Shown piece after piece: positions 9,306-18,200 of a stretch of 64,000 nt of DNA. A program made the position numbers and the translations under genes. The stretch is taken from IMG/VR virus record IMGVR_UViG_3300005056_000001, positions 1 to 64,000 of that record, one strand, 5' to 3'. The notes beneath the pieces were generated by a model. The model had not been told where the DNA came from. It did no database searches and saw only the letters and a program-made list of their open reading frames with translations. Each line of letters starts with the position of its first letter. Positions within the stretch are counted from its first letter, which is position 1.

Positions 9306-9956
9306 CTAATGCTCGTGATTATCGTCTTCGAAGTCGTGAGAAGCCTTTTGGGCCTGTTCGTGTTGGTTGCAATCATAATCGTTTTGGTCATAGCCAACAT
9401 AACGGGTGTAATTTAGCCTGTTGTATAGCATATATTTTTCGCTGTCTGAGCATTGTATCCTAGTGACGGTTATCTTTGTATTGTTTAATACTTTGCAAAG
9501 GTGTAGGGTATTGTTTTTCATCAATTCAAAGTCTTTTGAGTTTTTGATTGAGTCTAGCCATTCCATAACAACCAATGTGTCTGCCATTGCAGAAAGTCTG
9601 ATATGGTTCTTGTTTTGTATATTTTTTGGATTGACAACGCATAATTCATCTTTTTTGGCATCGTAAGAAAGTGAATACTTTTGCCAACCAATAGTACTCA
9701 AGGGATTGTTGCTTTGTGGACGGAATACATTTACCAATGCCGCCAATCTATAATACCCGTCTACAATTTTGTCGCCCGAGAAGCTGTCTCTTCTTAGTAC
9801 TATTGTGCCAATAGGCAGTCCACGCTTGATGGTGTCCAACAAGTCTTGGGTGAATGTGGAGGGTGGCAATTGTTTTTTTGATGCGGTTATGCGCTTTTCG
9901 CATATACGATTCAGTATATCAAAAAGGGATGTTTGTGTTGTTTCTGTTCTTGGCAT
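9306..9956 (-). CDS. DUF262 (GmrS/ParB-like) domain protein, stand-alone
   Basis: LLDTIKRGLPIGTIVL, IVDGYYRLAAL (DGQQR variant), LYNRLN. Confidence 0.7.
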   Translation of the reverse strand: MPRTETTQTSLFDILNRICEKRITASKKQLPPSTFTQDLLDTIKRGLPIGTIVLRRDSFSGDKIVDGYYRLAALVNVFRPQSNNPLSTIGWQKYSLSYDAKKDELCVVNPKNIQNKNHIRLSAMADTLVVMEWLDSIKNSKDFELMKNNTLHLCKVLNNTKITVTRIQCSDSEKYMLYNRLNYTRYVGYDQNDYDCNQHEQAQKASHDFEDDNHEH

Positions 9957-10038
9957 TGTGTTTTTGTTAATTGGTGATTGTGCAAAGTAATAAAAAAAAT
10001 CCGTCCAACGAAATGTTAGACGGATTTTAAATTCTTTG

Positions 10039-10335
10039 TTATGAGTTTAAGTATGTACACTTGATATCAGCCATACGAGAAGCTGTTATAATCACAACTG
10101 TTCTACACCTAGTACACGTCTGTTTTTGTGTTCCTATATCATCAATATCTCCTTGGTAATGCATTTTACCCTTACACTTCACTTCTTTGTCAACTTCATT
10201 ATGTTGAAAAGCATGACTTCTTGGGTACTGTGTGTCTAAATAGTCCTGATACAAATTGTACACTATCGCAATTGCACCAAGACAAGCAAACGTTCGTATT
10301 GCCCAATGAGCAAATAAAATATCTAAAAATTCCAT
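10039..10335 (-). CDS. membrane protein with C-terminal Cys motif
   Basis: N-terminal TM segment; CTRC. Confidence 0.6.
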   Translation of the reverse strand: MEFLDILFAHWAIRTFACLGAIAIVYNLYQDYLDTQYPRSHAFQHNEVDKEVKCKGKMHYQGDIDDIGTQKQTCTRCRTVVIITASRMADIKCTYLNS

Positions 10336-10429
10336 ATTATACAGTATTATCTAGTTAACAATTATTGATAACTTGTGTGCTAGAATTCGTTATAATCAAA
10401 AATCTCCACATCTAGCCACTCACGTTGTG

Positions 10430-10624
10430 CTATCCCGCCTCTCTCATCAAGTCGCAGATTGCGTTTGAGCTTCTCGTCAAGCCTCTCTTATAAGCCGATC
10501 GTTGCTCTTCTTTTACATGCGCATAGATTGCAGATCTAATGAGTTTTTGTTTCTCTTCGTCAGTTAGGTCTTGATTCTTTTTTAATCCGTTGATCGCTTC
10601 GATTTTTGCCATTAAATCATCCAT
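10430..10624 (-). CDS. hypothetical protein
   Basis: ORF; start MDDLMA. Confidence 0.55.
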   Translation of the reverse strand: MDDLMAKIEAINGLKKNQDLTDEEKQKLIRSAIYAHVKEEQRSAYKRGLTRSSNAICDLMREAG

Positions 10625-10723
10625 GTTATTATCTTTTTGTAGGTTATTATTGCGTTTTGTAAATTTTTTAAAACAATTCCTTATCACTAAAAATTCTGTT
10701 CTTAGTGCTTTCGGCTCCTTACC

Positions 10724-11023
10724 CTAGGAATTTCCTCTAGACTCCTTAGAAATCTTATTAAACATTTCTCGTCCCATATAGGCAGGAGAAAACTCTGCAT
10801 ATCTTTTTGTTTTATATGGCAACATGTGAGGCTTTCCCATCACACTAACAACCCCCTTTTCCTTGAAGAATGAAAGTGTAGCCTGTACGTCGTCGGGATG
10901 AACAACCACCAAAACACCTGCCTTGATAGAGCCTTTTCCTTGTATACACCTAAGTGTTTTTATTCCTAGACTTTTTAATCCTTGCTTCATTTCTTTGGCA
11001 TCTAATCTTAAAGGAGCTTTCAT
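10724..11023 (-). CDS. hypothetical protein
   Basis: ORF; start MKAPLR after a duplicated promoter. Confidence 0.65.
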   Translation of the reverse strand: MKAPLRLDAKEMKQGLKSLGIKTLRCIQGKGSIKAGVLVVVHPDDVQATLSFFKEKGVVSVMGKPHMLPYKTKRYAEFSPAYMGREMFNKISKESRGNS

Positions 11024-11045
11024 TTTTATATTTTTAAAGTGTGAC

Positions 11046-11088
11046 ACAAATCTACAACAAGTTTTACGATTACGCAAGTTTTACGTAA
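11046..11088 (-). promoter_or_regulatory. duplicated 43-bp promoter (second copy 11434-11476), -7 TAGATTTG
   Basis: acaaatctacaacaagtttt...ttacgcaagttttacgtaa occurs twice. Confidence 0.75.
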
Positions 11089-11098
11089 GATTGATGTT

Positions 11099-11392
11099 TT
11101 AATAATCGGAATATGGAATATCGAAAGACGATGCTAACACGTTAGGTGTAAAGTAAGGGCTTTGTTTTGTTGCCTCAATTACTCTAGTTCGTGTTAGAGT
11201 CACCTTTCCTTTTACAACCTTCATGGATTCAATTTCTTCAGCATCGTAAGTCGCCAATGATTCCATCATAACCCCGTTTTCGGTAACCTCAAGAACGGTT
11301 TCGATTATCTTCTTGTCGGCAAAAATACACCAATAAGAAAGTATTGTACCTTTTATTGCCTCAATTGTCGTGTTGCCTACTTTGGTTTCCAT
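11099..11392 (-). CDS. hypothetical protein
   Basis: ORF; start METKVG. Confidence 0.65.
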   Translation of the reverse strand: METKVGNTTIEAIKGTILSYWCIFADKKIIETVLEVTENGVMMESLATYDAEEIESMKVVKGKVTLTRTRVIEATKQSPYFTPNVLASSFDIPYSDY

Positions 11393-11626
11393 ATTGCCTA
11401 CTTTAATTTGTTTACGTTTGATTACTTGTTGATACAAATCTACAACAAGTTTTTTAATTACGCAAGTTTTACGTAATTTATATTTGTTTTATTTAAAACT
11501 TTCTTCAAAAACAACAAAAATCCGCCACTCCGAGTGTGTAGGAGTGGCGGCTTAAAATGTCGTGTGTTATACTGTCGTGTTTATGATTGGTGCTATCGTA
11601 CCTCTTCGTATAGTATACCATACGCC

Positions 11627-11965
11627 TTAAAAATTCATCTTTATACCATACGTCTTGTACAGACTGTCTATTGTATAAATACCGATCACAGGCGGTTTGT
11701 CGGGGTATTCGGCAATGGCATGGTATTCGTTCTTTTGTTCACCATCCTTCTTGTATGTCAATTTTCGAACCAAGAGTATTATGTCTTCATTACTGAATTG
11801 TATATAATTTCTACACTTCACGTCTTCCGAAAAACCCCCGAACGACTCGACGGTGTCCTTAATATAAACACATTCAAACTTCATTGGCTTGGGGTTGATA
11901 CGTGTAATCATTTGAAATGGCATATCGTCTGTTTTTAAACATCCCAAGAATAAACCTTGGGACAC
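11627..11965 (-). CDS. hypothetical protein (start uncertain)
   Basis: ORF. Confidence 0.55.
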   Translation of the reverse strand: MSQGLFLGCLKTDDMPFQMITRINPKPMKFECVYIKDTVESFGGFSEDVKCRNYIQFSNEDIILLVRKLTYKKDGEQKNEYHAIAEYPDKPPVIGIYTIDSLYKTYGIKMNF

Positions 11966-12561
11966 AATTCTTTAATCTTTTTATAGGCAGCCAAAAATTC
12001 TTCGGTTTGGTATTTGTCCATGGGCATGATCTTCTGTATATAGGACAAGACTGCATTATAACCACCGCCTTTGTTAAATTCGACAAGCACAGGAACAGCC
12101 CATTCACAATCCAAAACATCAAATCCGACCACACAACATGATGCCTCAAAAAACAAATCATTGGCATTAAGATATAATGAGGTTGTCGACTCGACCAAGT
12201 CCTTGTATGGGTTGTCATTGCTCTCCCAATCAATAGCTTCTTCTGAAGAAGTCTCGTTTGGTGGATATTTTTGACTAATAAAAGGCATAGAAGGGAATAG
12301 CCGTTTATTTAGTTCTAAAAACCTGTCCCCATTGGACATAAAATTTCTGTCTTTATCTTCTTCATATGGACACACAAATGTTAGTGGTTCGTCTAGCAGA
12401 TTATTACCCCTAGAAAAGAAGGTCTCGATCCATAGGTGTGAAAATCTATCCTTATCCTCTTCCCAATTTCCCGTCATTTTATAGACACCCTCGATCTCGT
12501 CACTTTCTAAATGTTTGTCATACGTACTCTTTATAAGAGATTTGTAGCAGAATCCTATCAT
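11935..12561 (-). CDS. hypothetical protein
   Basis: 208-aa ORF. Confidence 0.7.
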   Translation of the reverse strand: MIGFCYKSLIKSTYDKHLESDEIEGVYKMTGNWEEDKDRFSHLWIETFFSRGNNLLDEPLTFVCPYEEDKDRNFMSNGDRFLELNKRLFPSMPFISQKYPPNETSSEEAIDWESNDNPYKDLVESTTSLYLNANDLFFEASCCVVGFDVLDCEWAVPVLVEFNKGGGYNAVLSYIQKIMPMDKYQTEEFLAAYKKIKELCPKVYSWDV

Positions 12562-12573
12562 TTTTTATCATTT

Positions 12574-12957
12574 TTAACTTGCAAAATCAATGGCAACTAT
12601 TTTGTTATTGAGCATACCAAAGGAGTCCATTTTTTCTTCTATCGGAAATTTATATTGATTGTTGTCACCAAACTTTATAAAATTGTCATAATCGAAGGCG
12701 AACCAATCTTTTCTTGTTATCTCGTCACATCGTGGACATATATTCAGAAAACCTCCCCACACAGAAAAATAGATCGGACAAAGCTTGGATGTGTTGTCAC
12801 CTCCTGTCCATTCCTTTTCTGACATATTACCAAGCAGACCCAACAAAAACCCTTTCCATGAGCCTAGTATCGGGAACTTGAAGGCCAATCTTTTTGTCAA
12901 AACAACACACCTACTATGTCCGCACCTCATGGTCGGTCTATATCTATAACCTCCCAA
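12574..12957 (-). CDS. minimal protein-kinase-like fold protein
   Basis: GHSRCV...AFKFP, NMSE, EEKMDSFG, VAIDF in kinase-subdomain order. Confidence 0.5.
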   Translation of the reverse strand: MGGYRYRPTMRCGHSRCVVLTKRLAFKFPILGSWKGFLLGLLGNMSEKEWTGGDNTSKLCPIYFSVWGGFLNICPRCDEITRKDWFAFDYDNFIKFGDNNQYKFPIEEKMDSFGMLNNKIVAIDFAS

Positions 12958-13247
12958 TCTGTGGCATCATGGTCTTTGGTGAATATACCCACATCTTTTT
13001 TTGGACTAACCCATACATCATTGTTGGTTTTTATGTCAACATTGTCTTTTGTGGAAAATAGTCTCCAACGGGTGTATAATACACTTTCACTTGTGCCAAA
13101 ATCAAACATTTTAAACTTGCGTGTGTCGTTTTTTCGTTGGACTATTTTGCCGTCTTTCATTTCTTGCTTTGCCCAATTCCATGAACCCCTAAGCGAATAT
13201 CGTATGACAATCCAATCACGGACTGAAACAACTATTTTCTTAATCAT
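12927..13247 (-). CDS. Tad2/DUF2829-like protein (paralog 1)
   Basis: WNWAKQEMKDGKIVQR...DHDATDWEVI. Confidence 0.5.
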   Translation of the reverse strand: MIKKIVVSVRDWIVIRYSLRGSWNWAKQEMKDGKIVQRKNDTRKFKMFDFGTSESVLYTRWRLFSTKDNVDIKTNNDVWVSPKKDVGIFTKDHDATDWEVIDIDRP

Positions 13248-13534
13248 GTCTCACATTTTGGGTGTATCGGAAGATGTCTCCACCAATAAACATAATAATA
13301 ATCAATGTTGGACTCCAATAGCTCACCCTCTTGATTAATCCATGCCTCATTCGATTCGCTATCTGTATAAATCACAGAAGTTGGTAGTTCGCCAATATCG
13401 TAGTATTCGAAAACATCTTCTATCGTTGCTATTGTGGTGTTAAATTTACCGAACGTTGATTTTTTATATAAAACCAACACTTCAACTCCCTTTTTTGGAA
13501 GATTATCCTTTGTTTTTCTTATCCATTCTTTCAT
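13244..13534 (-). CDS. DUF551-like protein
   Basis: MKEWIRKTKDNLPKKGVEVLV...VYWWRHLPIHP. Confidence 0.65.
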   Translation of the reverse strand: MKEWIRKTKDNLPKKGVEVLVLYKKSTFGKFNTTIATIEDVFEYYDIGELPTSVIYTDSESNEAWINQEGELLESNIDYYYVYWWRHLPIHPKCET

Positions 13535-13535
13535 A

Positions 13536-13814
13536 TCAATAAAATTGTGGCAGGTTATTATCCCACTCAAAAACCTCCCAATCGGTTCTTTTGAGGGTCT
13601 TTAAAAATATATTGGAACTGCTCCAATTGGAGTCCTCCTTGTTGTCGGAAAAGTCCCACACAATTCTTTGGTTTTGTGGGTTGTCAAGTTTATACTTTAT
13701 GGTACCCAAGGCAGAGGCGGGTCGAACAATCCGACCTGCCTCCATCTGTCTAAGTGCCCACTTCCATGTGCCTCTTAATCCAAGTGTGTTTGATATAGTA
13801 TTTTTAATTGACAT
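13536..13814 (-). CDS. Tad2/DUF2829-like protein (paralog 2)
   Basis: WKWALRQMEAGRIVR...W...LKRTDWEVF. Confidence 0.5.
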   Translation of the reverse strand: MSIKNTISNTLGLRGTWKWALRQMEAGRIVRPASALGTIKYKLDNPQNQRIVWDFSDNKEDSNWSSSNIFLKTLKRTDWEVFEWDNNLPQFY

Positions 13815-13866
13815 TGATTGTATGGCTGTGTTTTATGCGTCCAATTTGTGTTTATTCGCATCCTCC

Positions 13867-14100
13867 CTAGTCTTGCAATGTGGATTGAGGCATGTCATCC
13901 TGAAGCTCGGACAATGCCTCAATCAATTCCGACAAACTTTCTCGGGTCAAGTAAAGAGATGCAACCTTTCGATTCGATCGTTCTTGAGTTTTTTCGGTTA
14001 TCGTTAAAATGATTGGCAACGGCCCACTCTTCTCCTCCACACACAGGGTGTTTTCAATAGTTCCAACATTGTCGAATGAGAATTTTGTTTCTTTTTTCAT
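13867..14100 (-). CDS. hypothetical protein
   Basis: ORF. Confidence 0.6.
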   Translation of the reverse strand: MKKETKFSFDNVGTIENTLCVEEKSGPLPIILTITEKTQERSNRKVASLYLTRESLSELIEALSELQDDMPQSTLQD

Positions 14101-14110
14101 TGTGTTATTA

Positions 14111-14596
14111 TTAATTATGTTTATTGTTGACTGTAATTATTTCTCCTAACTCTTCACTGTAGTGTAGATTGTTGACCAAAAGTAACTTTGACAAGAACTC
14201 GTCAAAGTCGTCGGTAATAATCAAACTAATTGTATCTTTTATGCCTATAAACAGATCAATCTCTCTGTTTGGTTTATCTATGTACCCTGCTCCGATGATA
14301 GCTCCGCACTGTAAAAGAAAGAGTGTTCTTGTGGGTGCCCTTGGATATTCCTTGTCAGTTGTATAGTTGTCCCCACACTTGGCATCTTTTCGGCATTCGA
14401 CTAACCCCCTCAGTAGCACACATATTTGCATGAACTCTGTATGATTAAGTGTAATAACTAGTTCGATTGGTGTGTCTTTGCTCCCCTCTTTTCGGGTTTC
14501 ATTAGACCTTACTCCTACTTGCACACATCTACCGTTTTTTAGTGGGTACATCGTGACCGTTACGGGCTCTGTTTCGAATATCGTTTTAATTATCAT
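14111..14596 (-). CDS. hypothetical protein
   Basis: ORF. Confidence 0.65.
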   Translation of the reverse strand: MIIKTIFETEPVTVTMYPLKNGRCVQVGVRSNETRKEGSKDTPIELVITLNHTEFMQICVLLRGLVECRKDAKCGDNYTTDKEYPRAPTRTLFLLQCGAIIGAGYIDKPNREIDLFIGIKDTISLIITDDFDEFLSKLLLVNNLHYSEELGEIITVNNKHN

Positions 14597-14619
14597 ATAT
14601 AATTATTGTTTTATTTTGT

Positions 14620-14901
14620 TTACTCCTCAAATTTCCATGTTCTCCAATCATCGGGTAATACCGTGCCCCTAGTAAAAATAATAATCGGAGTTTCTGTACC
14701 GTCACGGTTTTTAATGCTTTGAATATTCTTACCTTCCTCAAAACGAACGTCTCCGTATGTTTTGAGGGCCTTTAGTATGGCATCTTTGGTGAAATGTAAT
14801 GAGGTATTGATATTATGCACCTCCATACTCTCCTTTAAAATCTCTTCTCTTATCTTTTTTTCCAATTCCTCGGCTGTGCGGTTTTTAATCTTGTTTTTCA
14901 T
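14620..14901 (-). CDS. hypothetical protein, paralog of 14922-15242
   Basis: Shared ELEKKIRE.ILKE.M..HNIN.SLHFTKD.ILKALKT. Confidence 0.7.
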   Translation of the reverse strand: MKNKIKNRTAEELEKKIREEILKESMEVHNINTSLHFTKDAILKALKTYGDVRFEEGKNIQSIKNRDGTETPIIIFTRGTVLPDDWRTWKFEE

Positions 14902-14921
14902 GTGTCCTGTTTTTGTTTGGT

Positions 14922-15242
14922 TTATTCGCAATCCACATCTCCAAATTCTTCGATTCTTATACCCGACGGAGACACATAATCAAAATATACGTCAAGGGGA
15001 GTATTCGGGCCTTCAATAGGTACAATACTGTGTAGCACACCCTCAACAGAAATGTTACGGTTGAGGGTGGTGGTCTTCCCATCAACGATTGTTTTCAGGG
15101 CCTTTAGTATGTCGTCTTTGGTGAAATGTAATGAGTCGTTGATATTATGACCATCCATACCCTCCTTTAAAATCGCTTCTCTTATCTTTTTTTCTAGTTC
15201 AGCGCACATCTTCAATTTGAGTTCCTTTGTCGTTTTGTCCAT
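14922..15242 (-). CDS. hypothetical protein, paralog of 14620-14901
   Basis: Same N-terminal block, unrelated C-terminus. Confidence 0.7.
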   Translation of the reverse strand: MDKTTKELKLKMCAELEKKIREAILKEGMDGHNINDSLHFTKDDILKALKTIVDGKTTTLNRNISVEGVLHSIVPIEGPNTPLDVYFDYVSPSGIRIEEFGDVDCE

Positions 15243-15290
15243 CGTATGTTATTATTAAAAAAAGAGTTTCCATTCAAGAACCTAACGCCA

Positions 15291-18200
15291 TTAAATCAGG
15301 TATTTCTCAAATTCGTAGAACTTCATATTGTCGTTTCCGTAAGTCTTGACAATGTTGTCCATAATGTGTCGGTAATCGCTTGGCAATATCCTAAGCCTGA
15401 CATCACGCTCCTTTGTGTGTGGATTGGTCTTGATTATGAAGAATGTTTTTAGGTTTTCTTCCACACGGTTTTCCAAACGACTTCTGTTGTAGTCGGATAT
15501 CGTGGAAATGCCCTTGACATCATTGTTCATGAGTACCATCGTGGCTAGTTTATAGACAGACATTTTTAGCTTTGCGTATGTGTCTTCTGATATGACATAA
15601 TTGATTTTTGTAAGTGACTCATATGCCTCGAACATTTTCTTTTTGGTGTCCTCGGCAATCCCAATTGTTGATTGGGTATTTGGTTTTGTGTTGTTTGATA
15701 GGTGGAGTGTGATGTCCTTTATCATCTTCTTGCGAATTTTATTTTCTGCACTTTCGAGTGTTTCTATATGACTGCTCATACGTTTTCCTCTTTTTGCCAA
15801 TGCCAATCTTTCTAGCTGTTGAACAACCATAATATAATTGTCCAATATGTCATAGTTCCTGAAGTCGATCAGGTTACTGAACCTTTCTAGTTCGGCAATC
15901 ACCAACCCGTCGGATTTTTCGTTCATACACATGTCAACCAAAATGGAAAAGTTTTTTGGGTTATAGGCATACTGTTTGGCAATGGGCAATAATTTGCTTG
16001 TAATGTTCTTTAGTCGCTTGTGATGTTTCTCGGGATACTCTATAAGCAAGGTCGCACCGTCTCCTTGGTTTATGGTGATTTTATTGTTGTTGCTTGGTAC
16101 CATTTCGGTTTTGCAGGAGCTAATAAAGGACTCAATGTCTTTTGGCTTGGTGGTCTTCAGGAACTCATGAATCTCCTTGGCAACATCCACAGAAAACTTC
16201 TTACGCTCCTCTGAATTCTCGGAACGGCTTTGTTCGATTGCGCCAACAATATGCGGCTCGTCAATATCAATATACGTGGTATTAACACTATTATAATTAT
16301 AGTGTTTTTTAAACATATTGGCAATATATCTAATGTTGGTACCAAGTCGGTTATATTGCTGCTCGGCAATATATCTAAGTACCATTAAATTGTCTTGGAC
16401 AACCTTAATCTCTCCCATGTAGTCTTCATATGTGTAGGTAAACCTTTTGCTAAGGTCTGCCCAAATCGCAATTTTTTGTTGCTCGGTTATTTTTTCGTCA
16501 TTTAACGAAATGTAATGATTGAAATATGCCACACACTTGTCGTCGCTGATTCGGGCCCGCATTTCTCCGTCAATAACCTTGTGTATGCCCTTTAGGAAGC
16601 GATAATCAAGATTGTTGTTATAGTCTCGTTTTAGCTCATAGTATTTCTTTTTATTTTTTTCGGTTTCGTTGTAAACAGAACGGATAAGCGATGTGTTGAT
16701 ATTTTGCTTTCTAAGGCGGTTTCCGAATTGCTCAAGTGTTTGTGCACTATATTTTGCAAAGGTCGAAATAACCTCAATATCTTTGTCCTCCGACAAGTTT
16801 TTAATATCCACACCAACAGACAAGTACACACTACAAAATAAAACCTTGATGTCATTAGGAATCACGGATTGACCGTTGATTGCCTTGGATGTCACACTGT
16901 CCTTGGTGGCCCTTTTGTAGTAATGCCAATCATCTTTTGTCAACGGGTCGCTGTCCATGTGTTCAAGATGGGCATTAATACCCATAACAATTTCCTCGGC
17001 CCGAAAAGATCCCTCGTCTGTTGGACAAATAACGGTTCGATTCTCGATCATGGCCGTGGCAATCTTTTTACACAACAATGTTTTACAGTCCTTGCTAGAA
17101 TTTGTAAGGATGATATTCATATTCTTTTGTGATTGATGCGGAATCTCCAATTTAATATTCCTGACCTCGATTTTTTTACCGCCGTGCTTGACATCCTTTT
17201 CACACATACGAAAAAGGTTGACCTCATAAATATGGGTGCCCGTCATTCCTATAATGAATGGCACTCTTTCGTATGGGTTTTCTTCTTTGTATTGCAACAC
17301 CTCACGAATTCTTTTCAGGGCCATAGTACAGACCGAGTCGGCATCTGCACTACGAATTGTTTCGGTTGCCAATATGTGAATCTCGTCAATTGCAACATAA
17401 TCATAATTTAGCAACAATTCAACATCCATTCTTGAGAACTTATCAAAAGTCACAACAGACGATGTGCCCACCTTAAAGGCTTCCATCATTTCTTTGTTGT
17501 TCTTTGAGCCCGAAAACGGTTTGAATGCCTGTATTGCAGCCACCCAATCCTCTTTTTCTGAGGGGTGCAAATTTTTGTTGTTCATTATTATGTCAATCTC
17601 CCTGTTTTGGGCCTCCATACCAAACTTGGAGTCCATTGGTGCCGTGTAGGGCATAACCAATAAAACCCGTTTGCTGTGCTTTGTTGCCAACTCGGTGAAA
17701 TATGTCGTCTTGCCTGCCCCTGCACGGGCATTGATGTAATTAAAACAGCGTGTGTCAAGAAACTTTTCTAGCAATGGTGCATAGTCACTCATGTAGAATC
17801 CACCCCCAATATCTTCGGGAACAATTTCAATGTCCATATTCATCGGATTTTTGTCTATGAGCAATTGACATGCATTTTTGTAGTTCAAAAATTTGAAATC
17901 GCTGTCGGTAACAACCTTGTCGTTTTGTAATGACAGCACGCTCGCAACCAATTTGGCAACTTTTCCGACTTTTGGGTCAGTACTTTCCATCTGTTTATAG
18001 TACTGTTGTTTAAAATTGGGCAAACCTTCCTTTGTCAGAGTTTGCTCCATTCTTCGAATATACAAACCGCTACTTTTGAACATTTCTATACCCACCTTTC
18101 TGTGTATAGAAGATTTGGTCAGGTAGGTATTTCTCCATGGACACTCGCCGTCATCAAATAGGTGTTCTTCCCATTCATGCGAGTCGTGGTGCGATTTCTT

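Noticed and set aside
10340-10430. attC-like integron site
   Set aside because: A GCACAAC end is present but no convincing complementary core or long palindrome, and no integrase.
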